Below, one piece after another: positions 38,736-51,016 of a DNA stretch of 64,000 bases. The stretch is taken from NCBI GenBank assembly GCA_963774855.1, contig CAVZGT010000014.1, positions 508,892 through 572,891 on the forward strand. Reading direction: 5' to 3'. This stretch comes from an uncultured Acidobacteriota bacterium (GTDB lineage: Bacteria; Acidobacteriota; Vicinamibacteria; Vicinamibacterales; 2-12-FULL-66-21). How positions within the stretch are numbered: position 1 is the stretch's first letter; every line of letters starts with the position of its first letter. A program made the translations under genes and the position numbers. Under the pieces are notes generated by a model that did no database searches, was not told where the DNA came from, and saw only the letters and a list, made by a program, of their open reading frames with translations.

Positions 38736-39538
38736 ATGAACGGACCAGCTCGAATCGGAATTCTTTCTGCGATCGTGTTTTGCGCCGCCGGCGTGGCGCA
38801 GGCGCAGCCGACGGTTCAGCCAGCGCACGCGCCGTTCGTTACTGCTGAGACCGAACATTGGTATCAGACCGGCGAACCGTTGGAATATGCCGGCAACCTT
38901 TACTACCGGGCGGGTGCACCACTCTATTTCAACGGGATCGAAATGGTCCGGACCGGCTACTACAAGGGCGTACCGCTTTATTCGAGATCGACATCGGCCA
39001 TCGAGCCGTCCAACGCCGTGTTCGTGCCGTTGTCGGGCGGCTTCGTGCAGCCGTACGAACGCCTTACAGGGGAAATGAACGCTGTGACCGGCACGCCGCC
39101 GTTCCCGGTCGCGTTCCTCGTCGACACAGGCCGCGGCCTGGTCACCGCCTACCCGGTCGTGCAGACTGCGCCGCCTCCCGCCATGGTTGTGTCCCCGATG
39201 GCATTGGAGCTGACGTCGCGATCCCGGCGCCGCACCCGCGGCTCCTGTCATGGTCCCGTCTCAGGCTGTGGGCTCGTCGGGTAGCATCTCCCCCGCGCGC
39301 GCTCTGAGGCCCGCAGCCCCGCCGGCCGCAGGCGGCAAACGGCGTCTTCGTCGAGTTCGACGGCGCCCGCTGGTTCAGCAGCGGCCCGGCGATGAACTTC
39401 GACCCGAAGGCCTTCACGCGGATCGGCGATCTGCGTGGTCTCCCCGTCTACACGGCGGGCGGCCGCGAAGCGACGATTTTTGTCCTCGTGGCCCAAGGGC
39501 TCGAGCTCGTCGCGCCGTACTCGAAACGCTCCAGATAG
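38736..39538 (+). CDS. hypothetical secreted protein with two related domains, frame breaks
   Basis: Signal peptide MNGPARIGILSAIVFCAAGVAQAQ. The segments YAGNLYYRAGAPLYFNGIEMVRTGYYKGVPLY...AVFVPLSGGFVQPYER and VFVEFDGARWFSSGPAMNFDPKAFTRIGDLRGLPVY...TIFVLVAQGLELVAPYSKR lie in different frames, with breaks between about 39230 and 39310. Confidence 0.4.
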
Positions 39539-39688
39539 ACGCGTCTGCCCGCCGCCAGAACGTCGAACGCCGGTACGCAACGTCCGTCCAACAGCGGGCG
39601 CTGTCCGCCTTCAGTCCCTCCGCAGCTCAGATGCCTCTGGCTCCGCCGAATCTGCTAATCTGAAGTCCCCAGAGAAGCGGATGCACGA

Positions 39689-40177
39689 GTGAACCTACGG
39701 CGCTTTGTCTTCGGTTCGCATCCCCGGCGCACGCTGGTGCGCGTGCTGGTCCTCGGGGCGTTGAGCTTCGCGATGTTCCGGTGGGTCCTGATGCCAATCC
39801 GCGCCGAAGGCATCAGCATGATGCCCACGTACCGCTCCGGATCGCTCAACCTCGTCAATCGCCTGGCCTTCGCGTCCAGCAAGCCGTCCCGCGGAGACGT
39901 CGTGGCGATCCGGCTCGCGGGACCCCACGTGCTGTACGTCAAACGCATCGTGGCGCTGCCGGGTGAGCGATTCTCGATGTCCCAGGGCCAGGCCTACGTC
40001 AACGGCGCTCCGCTCAGCGAGCCGTACGTGCAGGACCGCCGGCCGTGGGACGTGCCGGAAGTGACCTTGACACCACGCGAGTACTACGTCATCGGCGACA
40101 ACCGCGGAATGAGCGCCAGCGACCATGATTTCGGCCGCGTCGATGTCTCGCGCATCGTCGGCAAGGTCGTCTTTTGA
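39689..40177 (+). CDS. lepB: signal peptidase I
   Basis: GISMMPTY (catalytic Ser box), [17 protein letters not shown] (Lys box) and [19 protein letters not shown] start. Confidence 0.85.
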   Translation: MNLRRFVFGSHPRRTLVRVLVLGALSFAMFRWVLMPIRAEGISMMPTYRSGSLNLVNRLAFASSKPSRGDVVAIRLAGPHVLYVKRIVALPGERFSMSQGQAYVNGAPLSEPYVQDRRPWDVPEVTLTPREYYVIGDNRGMSASDHDFGRVDVSRIVGKVVF

Positions 40178-40659
40178 CGAGACGCCGCGGGCTGCAGGTC
40201 GGAGGCGTCGTCGCGCTGGCCGCCGTCGCGTTGTTCGTGTGGAGCCGCTGGGGGTCGGACGACGAGCGCGTCATTCGCGAGCGGATTGAAGCGCTGCGCA
40301 GCGAGGTGAACCGCTCCGCCGACGGCCTCGCCGCCATCTCCCGCGCGAACAATATCGGAAGCTACTTCACCGAGGACGTCGTGGTCGATCTCGGGCAAGG
40401 CGCCACGCCCATCCGGGGCCGCATGACGCTCATGGGGATGGCCGAGCGGCTTCAGCCGCGAACCGCCGCATTCCGCATGGAGTTCGACGACGTCGGCGTC
40501 GAGATGACGTCCGGCGCCGCAACCGCCGACGTCACGCTGACCGCGAGCTTCATACGGGGAAGCCAGACCGGAGAGGAATCGCGCGACGCCCGCGAGTTCG
40601 CGCTGGGCTTCACCAAGGCCGGCGGGACCTGGCGCATCGCGCACGTGACGGCGATAGAT
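40174..40659 (+). CDS. membrane-anchored SnoaL/NTF2-like (DUF4440-like) domain; no stop codon, reads through a repeat into the peroxiredoxin
   Basis: TTGA overlap with lepB. TM segment [14 protein letters not shown], then ...[17 protein letters not shown], a typical NTF2-fold end. The ORF stays open to 41187. Confidence 0.5.
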
Positions 40660-40660
40660 G

Positions 40661-40715
40661 TGTCTGAGATAGTCTCGGGTCTCGGGTCTTCGGTCTTGTC
40701 TTTGGTCTTTGGTGG
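40661..40715. repeat. GGTCTC/GGTCTT word array (complement of the GAGACC family), in frame
   Basis: The words are GTCTGAG ATAGTCTC GGGTCTC GGGTCTT CGGTCTT GTCTTT GGTCTTT GGTGG. They translate as [18 protein letters not shown]. Confidence 0.75.
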
Positions 40716-40722
40716 TGGACGA

Positions 40723-41187
40723 ATGTCTATACGCGTCGGCGACGAGGCCCCTGATTTCGAGTTGCGCAGCCATCGCGGCGGCACGGTCAAGCTGTCGGAT
40801 TTTCGCGGCCGGCAGAACGTGGTCATCGCGTTCCACCCGCTGGCGTTCACGCCCGTGTGCGAGGCCCAGATGTGCGGGTACGAATCCAATCTCGAGCGGT
40901 TCGCACGCGAGGGGGCGGCCGTCCTCGGCATCAGCATCGACGCGCAGCCGGCCAAGGCGGCCTGGGCGAAAGCCATCGGGCCGATCTCGTACGACCTGCT
41001 GAGCGACTTCCATCCTCACGGTGAGGTCGCGCAGCAATACGGCGTCTTCAGGCCAAAAGAAGGCTTCTCCGAGCGCGCGATCTTCGTCGTCGACAAGCAG
41101 GGGCGAATCGCCTGGTCGAAGGTCTACCAGATCCCCGAGCAGCCGAAGAACGACGAGGTGTTCGAGGCGCTCTCGAACCTGAGCTAG
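40723..41187 (+). CDS. peroxiredoxin (AhpE-like AhpC/TSA family)
   Basis: [51 protein letters not shown]... (peroxidatic Cys in FTPVC) and [15 protein letters not shown]. Confidence 0.85.
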   Translation: MSIRVGDEAPDFELRSHRGGTVKLSDFRGRQNVVIAFHPLAFTPVCEAQMCGYESNLERFAREGAAVLGISIDAQPAKAAWAKAIGPISYDLLSDFHPHGEVAQQYGVFRPKEGFSERAIFVVDKQGRIAWSKVYQIPEQPKNDEVFEALSNLS

Positions 41188-41231
41188 AACTTCGAGCTCT
41201 AAACCTTTAGAACTTTAGAACTTTGAGAAGG
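41185..41231. repeat. AGAACTT word array
   Basis: TAGAACTTCGAGCTCTAAACCTTTAGAACTTTAGAACTTTGAGAAGG starts in the TAG stop. A GAAGGC..GCCTTC / GGCTGAAGGCC hairpin follows at 41240-41275. Confidence 0.5.
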
Positions 41232-41375
41232 ATGTGATGTCGAAGGCTGAAGGCCGAAGCCTTCAACCTCCGACAAACCTGGCCGCGGGCGCTTTCGCCC
41301 GGGAGCGAGGATGCGAGCCGGCAAATATTGCTGACGAGGCAGGTAGTCAGCATGCCGGCACCGGCGGGCAGAACC

Positions 41376-41624
41376 TTAAGCCACAGCTATTCGATCGTGG
41401 CGACGAACCGTCGAAAACTGACTCGGCCGGGCCCCATCCAAGCGGATGAACGCGCCTTCACGAGTCTGTGCGAGAAACTTCGCGTCAACGAGCGCCCCGA
41501 GCAACGCATCGCAAACGTCGCGCTCGAGACCCCACAGACGTTGTGCCTGTGCCGGCGTCAGCCGAAGTCCGGGCATTTCCACGAACTCGCCCTGAATCCG
41601 TTGAAGCACATCGTCGAAGCGCAT
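41376..41624 (-). CDS. hypothetical small protein
   Basis: 82 codons with high GC3 (MRFDDVLQRIQGEFVEMPGLRLTPAQAQRLWGLERDVCDALLGALVDAKFL...). No family recognised. Confidence 0.4.
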   Translation of the reverse strand: MRFDDVLQRIQGEFVEMPGLRLTPAQAQRLWGLERDVCDALLGALVDAKFLAQTREGAFIRLDGARPSQFSTVRRHDRIAVA

Positions 41625-41884
41625 CGGGCTCGCCTCCGCGGCTTCCCTGACATTTCGTCTTACAAGTGCCAGAGCAAAAGCAAGGTTTGTACCGGCCCTG
41701 TTGAGCTATGCGGCCGCGCTCGACAAGTCGATGTAAGTTTTTGACAGTAACGTAACTTATTTAGATGGGCCGATCGTACCGGCACCAATCCGCAGTGCGC
41801 GATTGAGTGTAGTGATCGTGCATTCGGGCAGCGGGCAGCTGTTTGGAAATGCTACTGCACGGAAGAGCTCGACGAACGGGCGCT

Positions 41885-43075
41885 TTTAGAGCTCTCGAAG
41901 GGCCGTCACAACCGGGAGCCTGGCGGCCCGGATTGCCGGAAGCATCCCGCCCAACAGGCCCATGGCCACGGCGTAGACGAGCCCGCGGACGAGCAGCGAC
42001 GGCGTGACGCGCGAAGGCAAACGCGACCTGGCTGAACGACTGCCAGTTCATCGTGGCAGTCTGGTATCCGTCAAAGGCGAGCCAGGCCAGCCCGCCACCG
42101 ATCACCCCGCCGATCAGGCTCAGCAGCAACGCCTCGATGAGCACCGAGATCACCACCGGGCTCCTGCCGAATCCCAGCGCCCGCAGCGTCGCGATCTCGC
42201 GGGTCCGGGACGAGACCGCCGAATACATGGTGTTGACCGCGCCGAATATCGCCCCGAGCCCCATCAGCCCGGCGATGCCGAACCCGATCGTCCGGACGAT
42301 CGTCTGCAGCACGATCGACTGCTGGGCGTAGTAATCCGGCTCGCGGATCGCGGTGACGTTCAGCCGCCGATCGGTGGTGAGTGCGTCCTTCACCGTCTGG
42401 ATATGCGTCAGCGGACGGCAATCGCAGGAGCACGGACTGATAGCTGTTCCCGCGCCGGTAGGCCGGCTGCAGCACTCGCGCGTCGCACCACAACTCGGAC
42501 TCGGCGACGCTGCCTCCCGCTTCGAAGATCCCGACGACCTGCCAGGATCCTTCACCCCACCGCACCGTCGATCCGACGTTGAGCCCGCTGAACTGCCTCG
42601 ACGCGGCGCGTCCGACCACGATCTCGCTCGTGCCCGGCGTGAACATCCGCCCCTCGGCAATCTTGACCTCCGGCCGCGCCAGCAGCGCCGCCGCCGACAG
42701 TCCGCGAAGGGGAACGTTCGCATCGGCCCCCGTGCGCTTCAGCGGATGACCGACGATGACGAAGAGCTCCGGCGAGGCGATCGGACCGTCGGGGCCCCGC
42801 GCGATGCCGGGCGCTTCCATGATCAGCTTCGCGTCGTCGCCCGACAGGCCGCTCGTCATCTCGGTGTCGCTGCCGGACCGCAAGACGATCACGCGCAGCG
42901 GGTCTCCCGCGTCGGTCATCGCGGCGCGGAACCCCTCGGCAATCGATAACACCGCCGTAAAGACAATGACCACGCCGGCGATGCCGATCACCGCCACGGT
43001 GGACGAGCCAAGCCGCTGCCCGATGGAACGAAGGGTGACGCCGGTGACGGCGATGGTTTGTGAGAGCCAGTTCAT
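41885..43075 (-). CDS. ABC transporter permease (FtsX/MacB-type), two frame breaks
   Basis: N-terminal TM segment plus a periplasmic domain, then TREIATLRALGFGRSPVVISVLIEALLLSLIGGVIGG and a terminal ...LPAIRAARLPVVTALREL. Frame changes at about 42402 and 42010. Confidence 0.75.
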
Positions 43076-43076
43076 G

Positions 43077-44237
43077 TCAGGTCTTCCTCAATGCGTCGAC
43101 GATCTTGAGCCGGCGTGCCTGGAGCGCCGGCAGGAGACCGGTGCCGATTCCCAGGAGAAGGACCAGCCCGACGCCGGCGATCAGGTTGCGAATCGGAAAG
43201 TAGAACGCGGGCAGCATGCCGTTGGTCGGGTCTCCCTGCGCGATGAGCACCCAGCCGACCAGGAGCCCGAGGCCGCCGCCGATGACCGCGATCGTGACCG
43301 ATTCCATCAACACGAGCGCCAGGATGCGTCCTTCGCCGAACCCGAGCGTCTTCAACACCGCCAGCTCGTTGGTGCGTTCACGGATCGACTGCGCCATGGC
43401 GTTCCCCGCCACGAAGAGGATGAAGGACATCACGATCGCGGCAATCGCCGTCATGATGCTGCCGATGTCGCCGATCTGGCCGGCGAAGTCAGAGACGAAC
43501 TTCTTCTCGGTCGCCGTCTTGGTCTCGGCCGGCGAGTTGGCGAAGAGCGCGTCGATCCCCTTGGCGAGGCGGTCGGAGCTGGCGGGATCTTTCACCCGGA
43601 CGACGTACCAGCCGACCTGATCCGCCAGACCTTCCTGCTTGCGGAACGTCTCGTTGATGTAGTCCCAGTGGAAGAAGAACTGCGTCTTGTCGGTCCCCTT
43701 GACGGGGGAGTCGTAGATGCCGTCGATCGTGAATTCCCAGGGGGAGCCGTCGGGCTTCCGGTAGATGGGGGAAATCAACGGCACGCGGTCGCCGAGCTTC
43801 CACTTGTACTTCTTCGCCGTGTCGATCCCGACGATCGCGCCGGTGCGGTGGGCAATCCACGCCTTGGCCTGATCCTCCGGCAGCTTGAACTCGGGGTACA
43901 TCCGCAGCCAGCTCGCGGGCTCGACTGCCATGTTCGCGAGGAAATTGCTCGGCTCCTGGTAGTACGCGCCGAACCAGTTGGCGTGCGAGACGTCGGTGAC
44001 TCCCTCGAACGTCCGGATCCGCTCGGCATAGCTCTTCGGCAGCAGCTGGATGAGCGAGACCTTGTGGATGGTCATCAGCCGGTCCGCCCCGGCGACTTCC
44101 ACGCCGAGCGTGAACGCGGCGCGGATCGCCATCAGCACGCCGAACAGGACGAACGCGATGAAGATCGACAGGACCGTGAAGATGGTGCGGACCTTCCGCC
44201 TGAGGAGGTTGCGCAGGACGAGCGGAAGATACTTCAT
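43077..44237 (-). CDS. ABC transporter permease (FtsX/MacB-type)
   Basis: [29 protein letters not shown]...RTNELAVLKTLGFGEGRILALVLMESV...LPALQARRLKIVDALRKT. Intact. Confidence 0.85.
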   Translation of the reverse strand: MKYLPLVLRNLLRRKVRTIFTVLSIFIAFVLFGVLMAIRAAFTLGVEVAGADRLMTIHKVSLIQLLPKSYAERIRTFEGVTDVSHANWFGAYYQEPSNFLANMAVEPASWLRMYPEFKLPEDQAKAWIAHRTGAIVGIDTAKKYKWKLGDRVPLISPIYRKPDGSPWEFTIDGIYDSPVKGTDKTQFFFHWDYINETFRKQEGLADQVGWYVVRVKDPASSDRLAKGIDALFANSPAETKTATEKKFVSDFAGQIGDIGSIMTAIAAIVMSFILFVAGNAMAQSIRERTNELAVLKTLGFGEGRILALVLMESVTIAVIGGGLGLLVGWVLIAQGDPTNGMLPAFYFPIRNLIAGVGLVLLLGIGTGLLPALQARRLKIVDALRKT

Positions 44238-44920
44238 GCCACGGCCTCCGTGACCAGGATGCCCTTGTCGAGATGCAGCGTCCGTTTCGCACGGGCCGCC
44301 GCGTGCGGGTCGTGGGTCACCATCACGATCGTCTTGCCGTGATCGCGGTTGAGCGCCTGGAGAAGGTCCAGGACCTCATCGCCCGACCGGCGATCGAGAT
44401 CCCCGGTCGGCTCGTCGCACAGCAGCAGCGTCGGATCGGTGACGATGGCGCGCGCGATGCCGACCCGCTGTTCCTGTCCGCCCGACAGCTGGCGGGGATA
44501 GTGCTTCGCCCGTTCGCCCAGCCCGACGACGCCGAGAGCCGTCTGGACGCGGCGCTTGCGATCGGCGGAGCCGAGCTTGGTCAGGAGCAGCGGCAGCTCG
44601 ACGTTCTTCGCCGCCGTCAGGACCGGGAGCAGGTTGTACATCTGAAACACGAACCCGATGTGCCGGGCGCGCCAGGCCGACAGCTTGCTCCCCGACATCT
44701 TGTCGATGCGGTCTCCGGCCACGTCGATCGAGCCCTGGGTCGGCGTGTCGAGACCGCCCATCAGGTTGAGCAGCGTCGTCTTGCCGGAGCCCGACGGCCC
44801 CATCAGCGCGAGGAAGTCGCCCGAGGGGATGTCCAGCGTCACGCCCTGGAGCACGTCGATGCGCTCGTTCGCGCGGCGGTAGATCTTGTGCAGATCCCTG
44901 ATCTTGACCAGCGTATCCAT
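44234..44920 (-). CDS. ABC transporter ATP-binding protein (MacB/LolD-like)
   Basis: Walker [10 protein letters not shown], signature LSGGQQ-like LSGGQEQR and Walker [17 protein letters not shown] overlap with the downstream permease. Confidence 0.9.
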   Translation of the reverse strand: MDTLVKIRDLHKIYRRANERIDVLQGVTLDIPSGDFLALMGPSGSGKTTLLNLMGGLDTPTQGSIDVAGDRIDKMSGSKLSAWRARHIGFVFQMYNLLPVLTAAKNVELPLLLTKLGSADRKRRVQTALGVVGLGERAKHYPRQLSGGQEQRVGIARAIVTDPTLLLCDEPTGDLDRRSGDEVLDLLQALNRDHGKTIVMVTHDPHAAARAKRTLHLDKGILVTEAVA

Positions 44921-46149
44921 TCAACGCTCCTTGACCGTCACCTTGTCGCCGTCCTTCATCGTCGCCGGGGCGTCGAGCACGACCTTCTCCCCCGCGGTCA
45001 CTCCGGCGTCGATCTCGACCTGGTCCCCGTCGGCGGCGCCAGCCGTCACCGCCCGGCGTTCCACCCGGTCGTCGTGGAGGACGAACACGACATCACGCCC
45101 GTCATCCTTTCGCACCGCCGTCTTGGGCACGAGCAGCCTGGCACGGGTCTCGGTGGTCTCGACCGTCCTCCGCTCCGTGAGGAAGGCCACCTTGACCCCC
45201 ATGTCGGGGAGTATCCGCGGGTCGAGCTTGTCGAACCCGATCCGCACCTTCATCGTGGCCTTCTGCCGATCGGCCGTCGGGACCGTCGTGATGACGTGGG
45301 CCGGAATGCGCCAGTCCTTGTAGGCGTCGAGCACCGCCTCGATCGGCTGGCCCGGTCGCACGCTGGAGATGTACTGCTCGGCCACGTCCACTTCGATCTC
45401 GAGCGACGACATGTCGACGATCGTCCCGATGCCGGAGCGCGTGAAGCCGCCGCCGGCGGACACGGGCGAGATCATCTCCCCGGGCTGCGCGTCTTTCGAG
45501 ATCGCCACGCCGTCGAACGGCGCGCGCACGGTCATGTCCGCCAGATCGGTGCGGTGCTGGCTCACCAGGCTCTCCGACACCTTGACCTGTTGCTGGGACA
45601 GCGAGATCCGCGCCTTGATGGACTCCACTTCCGCCCGCGCCGAGTCCAGCTCGGCCTTCCCGATGATCTTGTCCTTGATGAGCTGCTCACGGCGGCCAAG
45701 GGTCAGCTCCGCTTCACGCAGCCGGGCCTCGTCCTCGGCCGCGCCGCGCCGCGAGGCCTCGAGCTGCGCTTCGGCGACCGCCAGCGCCGCCCGCACCTGC
45801 GAGTCGTCGAGCCGCGCGAGCACCTGGCCTTTCCGGACCGCCGTGCCTTCCTCGACAAACACTTCGAGGACCTTGCCGGTCACCTTCGACGACACGGTCG
45901 CGCGGCGCCGGGCGGTCACGTAGCCGGAAGCGTCCAGAATCTGCCGGGGGCAGCGCCGACCCCGGTCCGCGCGGTCACGGTTGCGATCGTCACGGGCGCC
46001 GCATCGACCCGTGTGGTCCAGAGCCAGCCGCCGGCCGCAACCGCAACCGCCACGAGCGCGAGCGCAATCCAGACCCCGCGGCGGCTTCCGCCCGCCCGGG
46101 AGGTCTGTTCGATACGGAGTGAAGCGAGGTCGTCCTTGAGATTGGCCAC
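44921..46149 (-). CDS. efflux transporter periplasmic adaptor (HlyD/MFP family), one frame break
   Basis: TM anchor VWIALALVAVAVAAGGW, lipoyl/hairpin regions (VSSKVTGKVLEVFVEEGTAVRKGQVLARLD...) and a beta-barrel C-terminus. 1-nt loss near the G5 run at 45946-45950. Confidence 0.8.
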
Positions 46150-46290
46150 AGGAATTGCTTCTCTGAGTGCTGTGAGTGGTTCGGGTGGCGGACAGCTCGT
46201 GCCGCCCGACTCAAGTATAGCCAGAATTTACGGCGGCCTTCCGGAAGAGGATCACATTGCCCGGCGAGTGGCGGGTTTTCGGCGGCGAAC

Positions 46291-46413
46291 GCCCCTACCG
46301 CGAGCGCAGCGAGCGGCCTTTACCGGCGAGCGTAAGCGAGCCGGCCCCTACCGAGGCGCGCAGCGCCGAGGCCCTTACCGCGTCAGCGAAGTCAGCGCGG
46401 CCCTACCGCAGCG
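46291..46413. repeat. 4.5 tandem copies of a 25-29 nt unit derived from the coxD 3' end
   Basis: Units start GCCC(C/T)TACCG and contain (N)AGCG...AGCG: 46291, 46316, 46344, 46371 and 46400. The last unit contains the coxD stop codon. Confidence 0.65.
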
Positions 46414-46705
46414 TCCCCGGGATCCAGCCGCGGCTCATGTAGTCGCTCATGCCCAGGCTGAAGAGGATGAGCAGCCAGAAGAACCCGGACATCGCGACGA
46501 CCCACGTCAGCCGGCTGCTCCAGCGGACGTGCATGAAGAAGAGGATGACGAGCGTGGCCTTCGTGCACGCGATCGTGAGCATGACGATGTTGTTGAACGG
46601 GCCCAGGTCCACCAGGGCGGCGAGGTAGGTCACAATCGTGCCTACGACCAGGGCCGCGAACACCCAGTAATACATGCTCTTCGGAGCGACGTGACCAGCT
46701 GACAT
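46403..46705 (-). CDS. cytochrome c oxidase subunit IV (prokaryotic small subunit)
   Basis: Three TM helices: YYWVFAALVVGTIVTYLAA...ATLVILFFMHVRWS...GFFWLLILFSLGMSDY. Confidence 0.8.
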   Translation of the reverse strand: MSAGHVAPKSMYYWVFAALVVGTIVTYLAALVDLGPFNNIVMLTIACTKATLVILFFMHVRWSSRLTWVVAMSGFFWLLILFSLGMSDYMSRGWIPGTLR

Positions 46706-46717
46706 ATATGCGAACCC

Positions 46718-47486
46718 TCAGGCGACGTGTCCGCCGATCAAGTAGAGCAGCGGAAACAGGAAGATCCAGACGATGTCGACGAAGTGCCAGTACAGGCCGG
46801 ACACCTCGACGGGCGTGTAGTAGTCGGCGTCGAACTGCCGCCGCCACGCCATGATCGCGATGACGGTCATGATCCCGAGCCCGATGACCATGTGCAGCGC
46901 GTGCAGCCCCGTCATGCAGAAGTACAGCGAGTAGAACATCTCCGCCGCGGCCGGATGGTTGCCTTCCCACACGAAGTTGGGGCCGGGGACGAGATGATGC
47001 TCGAACTTGTCGGCGTACTCGATGGCCTTGACGCCCAGGAACGCGATCCCGAAAAACATCGTCGCCGCGAGCCAGAACACCTGCGTCTTCGGCGGCGCGC
47101 TCGTCTGCGCGGCGCGCACCGCGAGCGCCATCGTCAGCGAGCTGACAATCAGGACGATCGTGTTGACGGCGCCCCAGACCACGTTGAGGTGATGGCTGGC
47201 CTCCGCGAAGCCCTCCGGCTCCGCCGTCCGGTAGACCAGGTAGCACATGAACAGGCCGCCGAAGAACATGATTTCGGTGACCAGGAACACCCACATGCCG
47301 AGCGTCGACGCCTCGGCCTGCTGCGCCATGTCGTCGAAATGGTGCTGCAGCTTCGGATGGTGCGCGACGTGTACCTCGACATGCCGCTCCCGGTGCACCG
47401 GCGGCTGGTGCATCGGGCCGGGATAGTGCTCGGAGGGGTGGCCCTCCGAAACTCCCGACCTGCGGTAGTGGTCGGACGGGCGGCCC

Positions 47487-47494
<8 letters not shown>
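46718..47494 (-). CDS. ctaE: cytochrome c oxidase subunit III
   Basis: [32 protein letters not shown]...[23 protein letters not shown] 47494 overlaps the ctaD end. An alternative ATG is at 47413. Confidence 0.85.
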
Positions 47495-49089
<1,595 letters not shown>

Positions 49090-49139
49090 AGTGTCCGTTC
49101 AGCCGCGAAGCCGGTGCCCCGCGCAACGCATTGTTCGAT

Positions 49140-50108
49140 CTATTTCGCCGGCGCCGGCGCCCCTGCGGGCGCACCGCCAGGCGTGCTCAGCGACTTGATG
49201 TAGGCGATGAGCTGCATCAACTGCTCTTCCGAAACCAGCCCCTGGAACGTCGGCATGAGCGGCTGGAAGCCGGCGACGATCTTGGCCTGGGGATTGACGA
49301 TCGACTCGCGGAGGTACGCCTCGTCGGCGACGACCGTGGCCCCGCCCTGCAGCGGCACGGTGGACCGAAGACGTTCGTGAGCAACGGCCCCTGAATCGTG
49401 GCGCCCTCGACGATGGCAGGCGACGCACCCCTGGCTCTGGAACAGCTTTTCCCCGGCGGCCGCCGGCGTGTCCGAGGATCGGCCGCCCCCCAGCCACGCC
49501 TGGAACTCGGCCGGCTCCATCGCGATGATCGTCCCGATCATCCCCGAGTGGTTCGTCCCGCAATACTCGGCGCAGAACAGGTGATACCGGCCGGGCTTCG
49601 ACGCGGTGAACCAGAGCATGTTGTAGCGGCCCGGGATGACGTCGGCCTTCACCCGGAACGCCGGAATGAAATAGCTGTGCAGCACGTCCTCGGATCCCAT
49701 GATCAGCTTCACCGGCCGGCCGAGCGGGACGTGCAGCTCGTTGATCTCGCGCTGCCCGTCCATGTGCTGCACCTTCCACATCCACTGCTTCCCGACGACG
49801 TAGACCTCCATCGCGCCGGCCGGAGCGCGGTAGAGCTCGAAGAAGACCTTCGCGCCCCAGCCGAACATCACCAGCGTGATGAGGAACGGGATGATCGTCC
49901 ACAGCAGCTCGAGCGCGAGCGACCCGTGGATGGGCACGCCGACCTCGTCTTCGTGGCGCCGCCGGAACTTCACCGCGAAGAACACGACGAGCCCCGCGAT
50001 CAGCAGGGAGAAGAACGCGGTGACGGCCAGCATGAAGAAATAGATGCCGTCGACCTGCGAGGCCTGGACCGAAGCCTGTTGCGGAAACAGTGGAAAGTTC
50101 GTGAACAT
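49140..50108 (-). CDS. ctaC: cytochrome c oxidase subunit II with C-terminal cytochrome c domain (caa3 type); internal compensated frame excursion
   Basis: CuA site HSYFIPAFRVKADV...CAEYCGTNHSGM and haem c site GCVACH...ADEAYLRESI. Codons between about 49418 and 49365 read better in another frame (IVEGATIQGPLLTNVFG). Confidence 0.9.
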   Translation of the reverse strand: MFTNFPLFPQQASVQASQVDGIYFFMLAVTAFFSLLIAGLVVFFAVKFRRRHEDEVGVPIHGSLALELLWTIIPFLITLVMFGWGAKVFFELYRAPAGAMEVYVVGKQWMWKVQHMDGQREINELHVPLGRPVKLIMGSEDVLHSYFIPAFRVKADVIPGRYNMLWFTASKPGRYHLFCAEYCGTNHSGMIGTIIAMEPAEFQAWLGGGRSSDTPAAAGEKLFQSQGCVACHRRGRHDSGAVAHERLRSTVPLQGGATVVADEAYLRESIVNPQAKIVAGFQPLMPTFQGLVSEEQLMQLIAYIKSLSTPGGAPAGAPAPAK

Positions 50109-50120
50109 CGTCAGGTTCGA

Positions 50121-50979
50121 TTAACCGTCACAGTGCCGCGTCGCGTTCGCCGCCCGCTCTCGTTTGAGGCTGATGTACAGAAACGACAGAAACGCCAGCA
50201 CGGTCGCCACCGCCCCGATGCGGACGGCGGCGATCGCGGACGCGCCGTACTTTCCGGTCGTCGGGTCGTAGTGGTAGCAGAGCAGCAGGGCGCTGTCGAC
50301 GGCCGTGCCGATCCGCTCCTCGGACGCTTCCATCAGGCCGAACTTGAGATCGCGCGCCGAGAACTCGATCCCGTAGAAGTATTTCGAGATGACCCCGCGG
50401 GGCGTGAGCACCTCGATGACGGCGGCGTGCGCGTACTGCTGGATCTCTTCGTCGTACGCGTAGCGGAAGCCGACCGACGCGGCGAGGCGTTTGATGGAGG
50501 CTTCCGTGCCCGTCAGGAAGTGCCATCCCTCGACCGTGTGCGGCCGGTCGTAGCGCTCCATGTAGGACTGCTTCTTCTGCGCGGCCAGGGCCGGGGTCTC
50601 CTTCGGGTTGATGCTGACCGCCACGACGTCGAACTCGCGTCCGGCGTCGAAGGCCAGCAGGCTGAGCGCGCTGACGGCGGCCGTTGAGCACCTGCGTGCA
50701 GAGCATCGGGCACTCGTAGTAGCCGAGCACGAGGATGACCGGCCGCTTGCCGAAGTAGTCCCCGAGCCGCACGTCGCGGCCGGCTTCGTCCTTGAAGGCG
50801 AGATCGAGCGGGACCTGCTCCTGCAGCCGCTGATCGATGCCGATCTGCTTCAGCAGCCCGGGCTTCGCCGTGGCCGCGTCGCCCGGCTCGGGCGACACGG
50901 GCTGCGCGCGCGCAGGGGCCGGCGCGGCCAGCACGATGGCCGTCATCCCGATTGCCCCTATCGCTCTTCTCAACGTCAC
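50121..50979 (-). CDS. SCO1/SenC family copper chaperone with C-terminal TM segment, one frame break
   Basis: Signal peptide, thioredoxin-fold motif [16 protein letters not shown], then ...[17 protein letters not shown]...WHFLTG. Frame change at about 50680. Confidence 0.75.
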
Positions 50980-51016
50980 GGTCTTTTTTGTCCTGTCCCG
51001 TGGGCCCTTAGGTAGC

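Noticed and set aside
41625-41884. A lower-GC stretch with TTGACA (TTTTTGACAGTAACGTAACTTATTTAGATGGG) as a promoter for the 82-codon ORF or the FtsX operon.
   Set aside because: The spacing to any -10-like hexamer is wrong (11 nt to TATTTA). The orientation does not fit either neighbouring gene, because TTGACA is on the plus strand and both neighbours are on the minus strand.
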